Shown: positions 132,271-145,671 of the stretch, piece by piece | Position numbering within the stretch: the stretch's first letter is position 1 | Layout: each line of letters begins with the position of its first letter | Assembly (NCBI RefSeq): GCF_000400465.1 | Contig: NW_008806276.1 | Span: 20,001-268,000, forward strand | DNA: 248,000 nt | From: Wallemia ichthyophaga EXF-994 | Taxonomy: Eukaryota; Fungi; Basidiomycota | Reading direction: 5' to 3' | Translations under genes and position numbers: made by a program | The notes under the pieces: generated by a model | What the model saw: the letters and a program-made list of their open reading frames with translations, nothing else | Databases searched by the model: none | What the model was told of the DNA's origin: nothing

Positions 132271-133311
132271 ATGGATTTTGAACGAGAGGGTAAAGTGAAC
132301 GATCAACGAATAAACGAATCAAGTCAACAAGATGACGCTATCATTACCAAGAGGAAACTACGCACCAATCGTAAGCACGCGCAACTGTTACACCACTCAA
132401 ATCACTCAAACCACTCACACCCCCGCCAGCCTACATTCTACGCTAAAGATCAGAATCAATCTGTCGATTTATCAGCCACTGCGCAACATGCACTCAACAT
132501 CGTCAAGGCGGGTGTAGCAGGTGTAGTATGCCAAGGCAGTACTGCCGAATGGGTCAGTTTGAATGACGACGAGAAAAGCAGCATCACGCAAGCCGTCAGG
132601 AAAATTCTCAACGATCATGGTTTCACTCATGTACCAGTGCTTGCAGGCATAGGCGCACAATCCACCAGACACGCCATCCAGCTGGCCAAATCGGCAGGCG
132701 AGAACGGCGCACAGTACGTGCTTTCACTCCCGCCCTCGTATTTCGCAGCAAGTCTCACTCAAGCGGCGTTGGTTGATTTCTATATTGAAGTGGCTACACA
132801 CTCCCCAGTCCCCCTCCTCATCTACTCCTTCCCGGGCGTGTCGAATGGTGTGACGTTGAGCACTGACACTCTCATTACCCTCGCCGCCCATCCTAAGATC
132901 GTCGGTATCAAGCAGACAGACCATGATATCGGTAAGATGACTCGTTTGGCTGGTCTACATTCACAGACGCAACATGAATATGATTTCGCCGTCTTTGCAG
133001 GCGCGTCTAACTACCTAGTGGCCGCCTTGTCCGTTGGTGCACACGGGTCTATTACAGGCGCTGCCAATTACGCTCCCGAGCTCGTGACGGCTGTACAGGA
133101 AGCATACGATGGCGGCGACACGCGACGCGCCGTTGAGCTGCAGAGGAAGCTGGCCGAGTTGGAAGACACGACAGCTACGGGTGGCATCCCCGGCATCAAG
133201 TTGGCCGCTTGTTGCAAATACGCCTATCACAACCCTCAACCGCGCCATCCTGTGCCTTTGTGCAGCGACACTGTCCACAAGAGCATCGTAGCCGCTATGA
133301 AGGGTATCTAG
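132271..133311 (+). CDS. DapA/dihydrodipicolinate synthase-like aldolase
   Basis: GVVCQGSTAE, PPSYF, IYSFP, IVGIKQT. Confidence 0.82.
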   Translation: MDFEREGKVNDQRINESSQQDDAIITKRKLRTNRKHAQLLHHSNHSNHSHPRQPTFYAKDQNQSVDLSATAQHALNIVKAGVAGVVCQGSTAEWVSLNDDEKSSITQAVRKILNDHGFTHVPVLAGIGAQSTRHAIQLAKSAGENGAQYVLSLPPSYFAASLTQAALVDFYIEVATHSPVPLLIYSFPGVSNGVTLSTDTLITLAAHPKIVGIKQTDHDIGKMTRLAGLHSQTQHEYDFAVFAGASNYLVAALSVGAHGSITGAANYAPELVTAVQEAYDGGDTRRAVELQRKLAELEDTTATGGIPGIKLAACCKYAYHNPQPRHPVPLCSDTVHKSIVAAMKGI

Positions 133312-133389
133312 ACATAATGGGCATGTAAATGTAATGCGCACATGTATCGAACCTATCATATACATATAACATATACACACACACGCACA

Positions 133390-135343
133390 TCAAATCATTA
133401 TCCTGTCCTCTATGTCATCGCGCACCCTCTGTATCCACGACTTGGCCGCCGATGCCAACCTCTCAGGATCAATATCGAGGTCGGGGACATTGCCCAAGAG
133501 TTGCTGGTTCTGTGCATTACCTGTGTTCGTTGGCGCTTTGTACACGGTAGGCGCGAAGTGTGTCGCCGCGTCAGCCATCATATCGAGGAATTGACGGCTG
133601 TTAAGGACTGTGTTCCCACCAAGGATAACCCTCGACGCACTTCCCTCTTTAGCCATCTGTTCATTAAGCAGCGTCACACTGCGAGCCTCTTCATAAGTCG
133701 TGCCGCCGACGATAAAGACTATCACCTCCTGCGGTCTGTAAGTATACACACTAGCATCAGGCTGTTGCTGCGTTGGCGAGAAAGGCGCCATGGCAGGATA
133801 GCTGCTCTCTTTTAACCGCCCCTTCATTAGCAGATCTACCGTTTGGGAGAGATGCGGAGTGTGCTGTGTATACACATTCTCAACCCCCTGTAATCCCTTC
133901 AACGCCGATCTGCCCCGACTGAAGAAATTGTCATTCATGAATAAATCATCCTGTCGCTTGTCCGCTCCGGCTAAGTTTAGCATCACATATACCAACGCAA
134001 CCCGATGCTGTGGGATGCCTTGCTGTAACAGTTGCGATACTACCGCCTGGATAGCATTCGATGGCATTTTCTGATAGCGGAGTGCATAGAGAATAGAGAG
134101 ACGCACTTTGCTTTCTTGTGGTATATCGGGGCTGTCTATCATTTCTTTGATGGCCTGGTGATTAGTCGTTAGTGTGAGAGCATATTCGAACTGCATATCT
134201 CCTTGTACACACCCTCAAATCCGATGAATGACTCTCATTGCTAGCGAGCGACTGCTCTAATTCAGACACCTGTAGCAACTTCTTATCATCAACAAGTTTA
134301 GATAGCTCCCCAATCAACGTAACGTGCTTGCTGACGTTGTTGCCTAGCTTTTTCATCTCCGGGTATGACTCAACGAATTTTTTCATATCGCTGATAGTTT
134401 CAATGTTTTTTACACTGTCATTCCCACCTATCTTGGCTTGATAATCACTGACATATTGCTTGACATTTGCACCCAAGTCACCAAAGTTTGCAAAAGCGTT
134501 GCGGGTGTAGAATGAGTCGTTGTCTGAAGTGAGAGATAGAAGAAGTTGCTTCTGAGAAGGAGAAATGTTGTCAAAAGCGCGTAAATCCACTTTATCATTT
134601 TCTAAACCGATCAAATCGTGTACCATTGCTTGATATGTCCATTGAGAGAGAAGTGGAGTGACAGGATCGTTTGTTCTGTCGCATAGGAGTAAGGTGGGGG
134701 TGGATTGAGAAGACCTAAAGTTGAATAGTTGAGACTCTGTATTGATATTGTGGGTAATTGAATCAGCCAATGATTTGCAGAGGTTTGAAGATGATTGGTA
134801 TCTAATGATTGGTTTGCGTTTGAGAGAGAGAAGGAGAGCTGTAAGTGAGTTTGTAGTTGAGTTCAAAGAGTGATTATTCCAAGCATCAGGGTTAGTTGAG
134901 TATAGATTGTGCTTCGTTGGAATGAAATTGAGTGAAAAAAGACAGTCACTGAGAGTTAAGTAGTCTAGGAACAACTCCTGACATTCCTTAACAACAGAGT
135001 AGGTGTCTGATGAAGCAAGAATCTCAATTTGATATTTGGTGAGAGTATTTGAGAAGTACAAGTAGTACTGCGAATAGAGTGGATTCGATAGTTCCAAGCA
135101 GAGGTTGTCTATGGATTGTGCAGTTGGAGTAACGAAGACAATACACTTCAAATGACTTATACGCTGTCTATTCCTATTACCAATCTTATCGATCAAATAG
135201 ATTTCCTTGTTGAGTATATTGGTTTGTGAGGTAATTGAACTTATGTAGCTTATCGTGGTGCTATCAAGTAAAAGCGATTTAATTCCAATGACGTCATTTA
135301 AAAGCTTATCTAAATAATTATGTGATGCCTCAATCAACTTCAT
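133390..135343 (-). CDS. VPS45: Sec1/Munc18 family protein Vps45
   Basis: DRTNDPVTPLLSQWTYQAMVHDL, NVSKHVTLIGELS, VFIVGGTTYEEA. Confidence 0.92.
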
Positions 135344-135360
135344 GATGGTGAATACCTGCG

Positions 135361-136374
135361 ATGATCAATTTCATTCATTTCATCAAATATCCGAGAATTT
135401 TAAATGGAAGCTTAGTCTTCTCTGTTTCAATATCTAATGACCTTAGAACTGAATTCTTGGAACCCACAAATCCTATTCAGATCAATGCAGCTGTTTTGAT
135501 TCACAATCGGCAATCAAAACCAATAAAACTGGATAACGTTTTAATTTACGCTTCTTCACGTGATGGATATAAAGTTATTGATCTTCCTCTCTCTGTTGCA
135601 GGTCTAAGCCCCTCAGACACCTTTAGTCTACTCATTTATACGAAAAACTCATCAATCAAGCCAAATTTGAAGGATGTGTTACATTTGCAACACCCAATCC
135701 CATTACAATCACTCCCTTCTTCTTTAAATCAAGCTCAATACCTTCAACAGCGTTCTTTCACTGTAAACACGCAGCAATTACACATTGTTGAACACACGTC
135801 GTTCGATTTGGATAAAAAGTTATGGGATAGTGGATTGGCTTTAAGTGGAGACCTGATTAGCTGTTTAAATACCTATTTAGACCTCTCAAAATCACTGAAA
135901 ATACTTGAATTAGGTACAGGTACAGGAATTGTATCAATTACTCTCGCAACTCTGCTATCACAGATGTCTAAACAGTCGCACACAATCACTGCAACTGATT
136001 TAAACAGCGCTATACCCCTTCTTCGGAGCAATACCAAGAGAAACGCTCACCTTTACAAAAACATTGAAATACAACCAAAAGAGCTGTCTTGGGGATCAAA
136101 TAGCTCGCTTGAGAGTGTAGAGTATGATATCATTATTGCTGCCGACATTACATACAATATGTCATCGTTCCAACTTCTGCGAAACACTTTATCCAACTTA
136201 TTCACCGCGAATCCATCAACCAAGCTAATTCTAGCGCACAAATATAGGGATTATCAAGAAGACACCTTCTGGGATCATGCTAGCCAAATAAATCTCAAAT
136301 CGACTCACCTCAAATCTATTGGATGCGGCAGACGAGGCTATGAGACTGAAATATGGGAATTTAAGAGGATGTAA
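135361..136374 (+). CDS. Seven-beta-strand protein methyltransferase (METTL21/family 16)
   Basis: LWDSG, ILELGTGTG, IIIAADITY. Confidence 0.8.
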   Translation: MINFIHFIKYPRILNGSLVFSVSISNDLRTEFLEPTNPIQINAAVLIHNRQSKPIKLDNVLIYASSRDGYKVIDLPLSVAGLSPSDTFSLLIYTKNSSIKPNLKDVLHLQHPIPLQSLPSSLNQAQYLQQRSFTVNTQQLHIVEHTSFDLDKKLWDSGLALSGDLISCLNTYLDLSKSLKILELGTGTGIVSITLATLLSQMSKQSHTITATDLNSAIPLLRSNTKRNAHLYKNIEIQPKELSWGSNSSLESVEYDIIIAADITYNMSSFQLLRNTLSNLFTANPSTKLILAHKYRDYQEDTFWDHASQINLKSTHLKSIGCGRRGYETEIWEFKRM

Positions 136375-136457
136375 TAGATGAATACTAATTTATAAATTTA
136401 AATTTATTTGAATTTCAGTTTCAACTCTGTATTAACGCGTTGTAAGCTCCACCCATC

Positions 136458-137482
136458 ATGATGCGCAACGCGGTTGCGGTAACCGCAACGCCAGACAAGT
136501 CAAAATCGAATTGGACAGCGCAGGCGCAAGCGTTTAGTGAAGATGAATCTGATGCGATATTGCAATCATATTTATTAGATGGTGAGTGTGTAGCGGTGCA
136601 GTGAATGGCACACAAAGCTCACCAACACCGCACGCAGTCGACAACAAGCGCAAAGCAATGAAGCTACACCTCGATAGATCTTTAAGCGCTTTCACAGCTC
136701 GCTCTCTCTCCATTCTCGCAAGTGTCCCGAAAGCACTGCACAACCTCACCCTGGGTGAATTTCAGGACAAATTCGGCGGTGATCTCGTACGCGCTGTCCG
136801 CGGCGAGGGCGTTAAAGACGCCACTCATGATCTTGAAGACAATGACCGCGAGGAGGAGTGGGAAGCTGCACGGAAACGGAAGCGGGTGGACAAGGACGGC
136901 GATGGTATTGATCCCAGTCAGAGTCCACAGCTTGAGAAGAAAACTAGTCGGAAGAATACAAAGAAAGTTGCTAAAACACCTTCTGCACGCAGTACACGCT
137001 CAACGAGATCAAAAACTAAGGGCAGAAATGGTGTCAGTGCGGTGAAAGATAGTGAAGATGAAGATTCTCATATGCCTTCTTCCTCTTTTAACCCCACTCT
137101 CACTACACATGATGATTTGCCCGATGAGGCTGAGGTGGAGGCTGAAGTGAGGGCTGGTATGTACAATACCTCAACACATCACACTATCAAACGACGTCCA
137201 TCTATACAGTTAGTGGGGAATGGCATATCGGATCTCAATATCGATCATATCGACCTTCCGAATGCATCCACTAAGAACGAAACGAGATATCTTCACGACA
137301 CAGCTACCCTATTCATTCCCCTTCCCGATGGGACTAAGCTGGCTGTTGATCCTGCGCGGGCTGAGCCTGAAGAGCTCAATAAGCTCGAAGGGGTCAATGA
137401 TGAGATGCGCGATATAGTTCGCAAACAGATTGAAAGGCGTATGCAAGAGTTGGTGGGTTTGATTGATAGATGGAAGACCTAG
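136458..137482 (+). CDS. Borealin/Nbl1-like chromosomal passenger protein
   Basis: N-terminal helix pattern ILQSYLLD...SILASVPKALHNLTLGEF. Confidence 0.55.
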
Positions 137483-138022
137483 TTGTATAATAACTTGTTG
137501 TATTTATCTTATCTTGAATAGTCATTATGGTTTCTACGTGTTTATCAATAGACGCGTCTCGGTCATCTACGCGTCAGAAATTACCTATGTAGGCAGGAGG
137601 AAAATATCAGGGGAGTGAAGAAATATGTATGCTAGTTATTAAGGTACAAAATTTTTGATGAACTGGTTTTGGTTTTTATGTTGTGATGATTTGAGCAAAG
137701 AGGCCCAGTAGGTGAACCTCTATGGTAGTGAGATGAAGCAGCCTTTAATGAGAAAAGTGAGGTACGTGTCAGATTATCGAGGCTGTCTTAAATGCTTAAA
137801 GACCTCAATTTCCTTCGCAGCGCGTTCCCTTCATACCGGTGAAAATTTAGAATCAAAAAGAATACAAATGCAGGAAATTATACGCTGAAATGCCCACCAA
137901 GCAGCTGATTGTATTAAGGGACACGACAGGAAATAGCCATGTCATGGACTATTTGACAGGCAGTTGACGTATACCCAAGAAAGTCACATTCCTTATAGAA
138001 TTGAGCATAAGTAATAACGATC

Positions 138023-141000
138023 ATGAGCCAACAGATACCTTTAGAAAGAGTAAGGCAAACACAAGCGACGTTTGTTTCGCGCAATGCAGCATCGCACCTA
138101 TGTTCAGACGTGCGCAGTGTAGGAGTATCGCTCGAGTGTCTAGCGACGTTAAACAGTCTGCTCGATGAGATATTGGCGAGGGTGTTGGCGCATGCACACA
138201 GTTTTAGACTTGCACTCCTACGCAGAGCGATACTGGACGTCATAGGCGTGAGCTTTGGACAGAATGCCATTACCGAGGCTGAAATGAAGCTCCAAGTGAG
138301 CTATCCGTTGGGGAGTTATTATAGCGGCGGAGGTAACGAGAACGGAAATGGAAAACTAGGGCAGTTCCCACTAGACGACGCGTTTAATGTAAGTTGATGT
138401 CTCTGATATTGCACTATTGCACTATTGCATCATTGCAGCACTCTAATGAACACCTTAGACACTGCGGTACAACGCCATCCTCAAATCCAAATACTCGGAT
138501 CCGGGACTGCAGTCACTCACACTAGCAGCCACGCTCGAGACCAAGCTGTACGAATCGCTTAGTAACCACGTGCTGGATCTGGGGAGCATTCCAGTTGCGG
138601 GGATATACATGTCGGGGGTGCTGGAGTGCGTGACGGAGACGATATGCGCGGATATCGCAACGGTCGTTGTGCGCTCGAGTACCAAACATGAAGCGCGTCT
138701 CGAAGACCTCTACGATGCAATACAAGGTGGTGAGACTGCTGGCGGGAGTGGGCAGAGCTGACGCGCGACGCAGAGAATGATCACGTCAACAGCGTTATAC
138801 AGGGGATGCTGATGAAGGATGAGATTGAGCTGAAAGTGAATCAGGCGGAGGAGAGAAGGCGGTCGATAACGAGTCAAGTTAGTGCGATCAGCAGGATATC
138901 GCAGGCGACGCAAGGGAATAGAGTTGGTAAAAGCAGGCCACCATCTATAGATACAGCCCAATCAAATACAATGCATAGACACTCTTCAAGTATCGGCGCT
139001 AGGCTGTTCAGTGGTCTGCACACACCAGTCAGCGCAACTAGCAGGGATAGCAGGGACAGCACAGACAGTACCACTATCGCTGGCAGACGCTCCTCCAGTT
139101 ATCTTAGGAAATTAAAAAATACTCCGGAAATTGTAAGTGGAGCTCGTTCCTCTCGACACCCACGACCAAGTTAGAGTTGACTCAGACTCGCAGTGTGAAA
139201 CAGAAAGCACGGACAAGAAAATATTCGACAACATTTTGAATAACAAGGATACGGTGAAACTATCATTAACACCTACGACAGTACACGTGAGTTGGTGGTG
139301 TCTGTGCGGGGACCGTTGACGATGCTGACGACGACTCAGACACAGAAAGCAAGCAATATGAGCTACGCGCACGCGGCAAACACTATACACACCATAGACA
139401 CGCTCAATGAAGATCACGAGCTGGACGATTCCGATGAAGTGGACTCGCTCAGTGAAGAAATCGGCAGAAAACCCAACAAGAAGGAGTCGCTGATCGATTT
139501 CCTCAATAGCACACCGCCCTGGGAAAACGGCGGTGGGCGTGTACCTCATAACCCACACCAATCACACCACAGCCTGCCTTCGTCCGTAGACGACGAGCAG
139601 CACGGACGCACACCAGGACTGTCCAACTTCAGCCGCGACCTCATAGCGTTCCTCAACACAGAACCGCCCGGCGGAACACCGAAGCCATTGAACGAGAAGA
139701 AGAGCACCAACAAATTCAAGAGCATTTTCAAGGGCAAAGGGGGTGGTGGCAGTGGTGGAAGTGTGGCCAGTACAGGCAGCGGTAGCGTCGAGAGCCATAA
139801 TAACAAGAAGACGGCGAATAAAATTAGCGTTCCTGCGTCTGTCCTCCACACTGCAGCATCGAGTAACGGTCTGAATGGATTGGGCGGCGCGGGAAGCGTG
139901 AGCAGTGCGCGCAGTACCAGTCTAGGACACACAAGTGCAATGAGCAATGCGCGCACAACCACCGCACCCAAATCTAGTTTTTCCACATTGCGCTATTCGG
140001 AGCCAGACAGGCAGTCAGCGTATTCGGAGGAAGCGGGATCGGGAGCAGGAGCAGGGATTGGAGTGTCAAACTCGTCGTGTCCACCGCCAATACTGACGAA
140101 TGGATATGGCCATACACCTCCTGCACCTGCACCTGCACCTGCACCAACGCAAACAACAGAAAAACTTCCTCCGATTCAGTCACCGTTGCCCATGTCGACA
140201 TCATTCACCAGATCGCCCTCTCCTCAGCTATCGTTGTCGGCGTCAGTATCTCCGGCGTCGTATGTGCATATGCAGCAGTCTCAACAGCAGCAGCTACCGA
140301 TCGCAAGCACGAGTTCTGCGATTGCAGATCAGTACGCAGCGGCTGTGCTGAGACGAACGCAGTCTACGCATCAGAATTTGAATTTGAACAGCGCAAATGG
140401 AAGTGCAAATGCGAATGCGAATGCAAACACCAACACAAACAATAACAATAACACTAACGCCTCCGCCAATCTCACTCCACCGCTGCCATCACTCCCCTCA
140501 TATACCAGACCCAGCAGTCCAAAGGCGGAAGAGGTATACGGCACACACAGCCCGTGCAGTCGGTCGCACAGCACCTCCCAGAGTCTACGACGCGACGGGA
140601 AGCCGTCGCCAATCCGCAAACCTGTCCCAGCGCTGGACAGTGGGGGAGAAGTGGGAGAAGAGATTGAAGGTGGAGAGAGGCATATGACGCAGCGGGCGAA
140701 CGAGGGAAGGGGACACAATGGGGCGCAGCAGCACAATCAAAAACAGACCCAAACCCAGACCCAGAAACAGACACAGAAGAACGATTCACAAACCGAGAAA
140801 GATAAGCACGACAGCACATCCACCAACGAACGCTACAGCACAGCTGTGCAGACAGCCAGCAGGGCAAGCAGTCAAACACCCTACTCTCAGCACACACGCG
140901 ACACGGATGATGCATATATACACAAAGGTACACTTGTCAAGATGCACAACATACTTGCACATGCACAGACGGCTGACGAATGCAGGCTGTACCTCGATGC

Positions 141001-141631
141001 CTTCCTCAAGAGCGTGAAGGTAGCCATGCCGCAAGAGGAAGAGGATGGGGCTGAGGGTGAGGTGGTATCGGGGGCGTCAGGTGTGTCAGGCAGCTCAGCC
141101 AGTGCAAGGATGTCAGGCGCGTCAAGAGCCTCAATGCAGCCGCAACAGAGCACCGGCGAGCTGAGCCACCATGCGGATATCAATGAAGTGGGTGTGAGCG
141201 GGACTGGGAGCGCGATTGTTAGCGCCAGTGCCATTCCCATGTCTATCAGCGAAGATAGGAGGGAGGACGATGATGAACACACTCAATCCCCCTCCAGGCA
141301 AGCCGTCGAGATCGACCACGCCAGCTCACAATCATCCCTTCCGCATCTCGTTGGGCAGCAAGGCAGCAGTGATGAGATGGATGAAGTGGATAATGCGGAT
141401 GAGAAGGAGAGGCCAATTCGGTACACCTACACACATACACATTCACCTACGGAAATGAGCACACCAGGGGCTACACCCATCACCACACCCATAACGCCAA
141501 CAGCTACTTCACCGTATAGAAGCGACAACAGGACTTCAGAGGATAACTTTGTTACCAAGTGGCTGATGGGAGATAGTCAGGCACATACAGGAAACGGAAT
141601 CCAGGTGGAGATCACGGATAGTGGTGTTTAG
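138023..141631 (+). CDS. Unknown protein with N-terminal histone-fold-like region and long disordered tail
   Basis: FVSRNAASHL...LNSLLDEIL...AITEAE helices; SLIDFLNSTPPW motif; several exons. Confidence 0.55.
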
Positions 141632-141691
141632 GAGTTGAGATGTCTCGGATAATTTTCACGTTGTACAGTTGAGTAAAGATAATTACAGAGA

Positions 141692-142108
141692 TTAGAGAGA
141701 TACGCCTGTATTCTTAGTGTGTTTTTCGTGTTTTTCGTGCTTTTCGTGCTCGTCGTGCTTGTTTTGCTCGTTCTCACCACCATTCAACTTGAATTTGAGT
141801 AAAGCGACGCGTTCTCGCTGACTAGAGATGGTGTACTCGTTCTCTTTGATGGTGTTGGTGATTAGGGAGTAGTCGTCATCAGAATCGTCGTCAACTACGC
141901 GCAGCTGCTGTGTATCTTCAGAGGCAGCAATTTCAGCGTCGCGTGTGCCAATCGATTGGCTGTCAAAGCCACCGTCAAATTGAGATTGCAGATTCGTTGT
142001 CTTTGGTAAGTAAGTGAGTAGCTCGCTGTTGGAACGGATAAGGTGGTTGATAGAGTTATCTAACCTCTTGATCTCGGCAATATCGGCATCAACTGAGTAT
142101 AAATCCAT
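141692..142108 (-). CDS. Small coiled-coil hypothetical protein
   Basis: EIKRLDNSINHLIRSN...IKENEYTISSQRER. Confidence 0.6.
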   Translation of the reverse strand: MDLYSVDADIAEIKRLDNSINHLIRSNSELLTYLPKTTNLQSQFDGGFDSQSIGTRDAEIAASEDTQQLRVVDDDSDDDYSLITNTIKENEYTISSQRERVALLKFKLNGGENEQNKHDEHEKHEKHEKHTKNTGVSL

Positions 142109-142175
142109 GAATATTTTCTGCTTTACGTCGTTCTAAGTGGTTGATTAGAAGCAGCCAGAGCGACCATCACCGAGA

Positions 142176-144463
142176 ATGAGCAAATTACTCTACTCAAAAT
142201 CTAAAGTGAATATAAATACCGCAAAATGTAAAATACCGGGGAATTTAGCTTTGGTTGAAGATCCCAATGACTCTATAACGATTAGCTGGTTACCAGAGAC
142301 AATCCTTAAGGAACTGGATGAAGAGGACAAATTTGTCTTAGTTGAATCAACCAATAAGATTGAAGTTATTGTTAATCCTCCACCGCACATAAACGATTCA
142401 TACGCCTTCAATTATCCAATTTCTGACATATACTCAATAATGCTTAATCCTCCTTCTATTTCTAATTGGTATGGTACTGTTACTATTAATCTTCAAGGCG
142501 GTGTTACTCTCCCTGTGTTGCACTTCCATGATGACGAAATTACGTCATCATCGATACCTAGAACACGAGGCACTTGGGGTGGAAATGAGTTTATAAGCTG
142601 TCTTCGTCTTTATATATCTCTTTTGCAATCTCAAATCACCAACAACCTTTTCCTCGTTGATCCTAATCCGATCGATAAAACTTTTCATCAACAGCCACAG
142701 CCACAGTCACAACCACCGACGCAACAATCACTCCTTCACTATGCTCTAAACCCACAATCAACTCACTCTCAACGCATTTCTACACGCTTCAACTCCCACC
142801 AACGCGACAACTCAACTACTACTATGAAAGGTTTCTTTCCAGATAATGTCGCTGATGCAACTCCCGCTGTGAATAACTTCACTTCAGTATATCAAAATAC
142901 CCTTACAAGCTTCGCAAACATTTCCCGCTTTTCAAAACAAACTGCTCATAATATTCTGTCTCACCCACTCGCTCAACCAATCCTTCCACACCTCCCGACT
143001 CCCGTGCAGAGCAGAGCAGTTGCTGGACGCAGTCACGCAGGTGAATACGACAGCGCTCGCATCTACCTAGCCAAATGGGCGCGCAAAGTGGCTGAAGAGG
143101 GTGACAGGAATAGTGGCCAGGGGGGTGAGAGGAGAGAGGGAGTAGGAGTAATGAGACCATCAAGTAACTCAGTGGACGAAAATATACAAACAGTTGACGG
143201 CAGTGTAGAGAGTGATTTAGGTAATTTCCAGCTACTCAACGTTTCCTCAGAAAGGTGTACACGAGATCCAACTCATCCAATCACTCTCCCAGAGTGTACA
143301 GCCTGGTTCGATCATACTGGCAAGCCCCTCATTAGTGAGTCGGAGATGCGCGAGCGTGTTTTTAGAAGGGGCACTGAAAGTACCGCTAAGAGTCTTATCT
143401 GGCCATTCATTCTCTCCGTTATACCGTGGGATACAACGCATCAAGACAGGCAATCTGCTTGGGATGACTTGGATACCCAGTATGTACAGCTGAAGAGCAC
143501 GTGGAAGAATCTCGATGTATTCCACGATAAACAAGTTACCGAAGAGCGTCATCGCATTCGCGTCGATTGCCTGCGCACTGATCGAAATGTCCCTCTCTTT
143601 GCCAAGAGCGACAGTGAGCTCAACGAGCTCAAACTGGGTATTGCGGAGTTGGGTGAGAATGGGAGTACGAGTGGGAGTGGTGATAGCAGTGAGGACAAAC
143701 ACAGCGACAGCAAAGAAGGCTCATCACAGGCTTATAGCAATGTCCACGTTCGCAAGCTGCAGGGTATCCTTCTCACATACAATTTCTACGAAAAAGGATT
143801 GGGATATGTCCAGGGCATGTCTGATCTTATCGCTCCTCTTTACGTTATCAGCGAGGCTAATGAATCAACTACGTTCTGGCTTTTTGTCAACTTGATGAAC
143901 CGCACCAAGGAGAATTTCGCAGCTGATCAGAAAGGCATGTCGAGGAAATTAATAACGCTGCAAGATTTGATTAGAGTGATGGATCCACAACTCTACCAAC
144001 ACTTTAAACAGAGTGACAACCTCAATATGTTCTTCTGCTTTAGGTGGATATTGGTGATGTTCAAGAGGGAGTTTTTGTTTAGTGATATTATCACATTGTG
144101 GGAGGTGAGTTGGGGTTGGTAAATATTACACACTCACTTATATCAATAATTTTCTTAGGCACTCTTCACTCGCCCTGTTCAACAACAATTTGAACTATTC
144201 GTCGCACTTGCTGTGCTTGAGTCACATCGCGATATCATTCTGAGATATTTAATGGAGGTGCGTTTTAATTATCACCTCAACCACATCCTTGCTCACAAAG
144301 ACAGTTTGATGAAATGCTCAAATATTGCAATGACCTTAGTGGTACGATTGATGTGCATAAAACACTCAATACCGCTCAAGTGCTTTATGATAACTTATTT
144401 ACACTACACAATACCACAAGAGGGAAGAACTTTACAGATAATCTAGTTGAATTGGTTGTGTAG
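142176..144463 (+). CDS. GYP7: Rab GAP with TBC domain
   Basis: IRVDCLRTDR, GYVQGMSDL, FCFRWILVMFKREF. Confidence 0.9.
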
Positions 144464-144477
144464 CAAGATGACAAGAA

Positions 144478-145554
144478 CTAAAAATACAATCTCAACGCAG
144501 CAGAGGATTGAGATTCAGCAGGACAATAAGGACACTTAACTCTACCACCGCCTTTAGATAACTTGGATAAGCTATCATTGGCTAGAACATGCCCACATGA
144601 TAGCATCATTGGTGGGTTTGTGTCAGTTGTCTGTTCTTTGCTAATTGGGCAGGTGAATACGCTATGAAATTTGTATTTGTCTTGTAGAGGTACTTGTACA
144701 GGTAATTCATCAGATTGAGACCATTCTGTGCGTGTTTTCTGTATCAATTGATTGAATCGTGAAAGAATGGGGAGAGCAGAACCACCGCCGATGTCTAGAG
144801 TGAGTTTGAGATGATCAATTTTCGGGATGTCGTTGATTGTGCACCAGGAGTGTTCAAATGTAGGTACGAGTAAATTTGAGTGAATTGCATCTGTTGTGAG
144901 ATAAGAGTAAGGTGAGTTAGCGAGATCTTTGAAGGCAAGTGAAGCTAAAAGGGAGCTAGCAGGTTTAGAAAATTGTGGTGATGATAAGTAGGGTGATAAG
145001 TTTTGTTTGAAGTAATTGAGGCTGTCTAGGGAGGAATTGAATTGTGAAAATTTTGATCGGTGTAGGTAGAAAAGGAGAGGGGAATTGAGAGGATGTTGGT
145101 AATGATTAGCCCAATCCAGAGCAGATGTGAGATTGTTAGATTTGAGTTGATTTATGATTGTGTTTAAGGATGTTATTTTGTTGATGTAACTGGGCTCAAA
145201 TGCGATTTTATAAACGCTGCAGAAGTCGTTAAACACGTCCAACCATCCTAATCTCAATAAGTAAGCAGCTATAGCTTTGTTTAGGTTGTAATCGTGGTTG
145301 AAGTCTACAGTGGGAATTGTAGATTGAGGCTGTGAATTCAAAGACTTGTCAATACGTTTTATTAACTTATAGTTATCCAAATTATTTTCATTTATCTGAG
145401 TGATGTCATTTGCAATGGTGGCTGGGTTAACTGATGCCGAATCTGAAGCCGATGCCAAATCCCTCAAGCCTTCCAAACTACCAATTAATTTATCCAAATT
145501 ATTTAAATTTGATTTTATTTCATTTTTATTTGTCAACGTGATTACATTTTCCAT
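144478..145554 (-). CDS. RMD5: GID/CTLH complex E3 subunit Rmd5
   Basis: LisH-CTLH-CRA, FHSVFTCPISKEQ, CGHV, CPYCP. Confidence 0.88.
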   Translation of the reverse strand: MENVITLTNKNEIKSNLNNLDKLIGSLEGLRDLASASDSASVNPATIANDITQINENNLDNYKLIKRIDKSLNSQPQSTIPTVDFNHDYNLNKAIAAYLLRLGWLDVFNDFCSVYKIAFEPSYINKITSLNTIINQLKSNNLTSALDWANHYQHPLNSPLLFYLHRSKFSQFNSSLDSLNYFKQNLSPYLSSPQFSKPASSLLASLAFKDLANSPYSYLTTDAIHSNLLVPTFEHSWCTINDIPKIDHLKLTLDIGGGSALPILSRFNQLIQKTRTEWSQSDELPVQVPLQDKYKFHSVFTCPISKEQTTDTNPPMMLSCGHVLANDSLSKLSKGGGRVKCPYCPAESQSSAALRLYF

Positions 145555-145671
145555 TCTAACTTGATAGTTGAATGCTAAGTGTCATCAATGGAGGTGTGTT
145601 ATAAATTAAAGCGCGTTTTATTTTCTAAAAAAATATCAAGACATCCTCTTCAATACCCAGCCTGATTGATA

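Noticed and set aside
132271-133311. DapA-like gene as a bacterial horizontal transfer
   Set aside because: DHDPS-like aldolases are widespread in fungi; no compositional or contextual evidence here.
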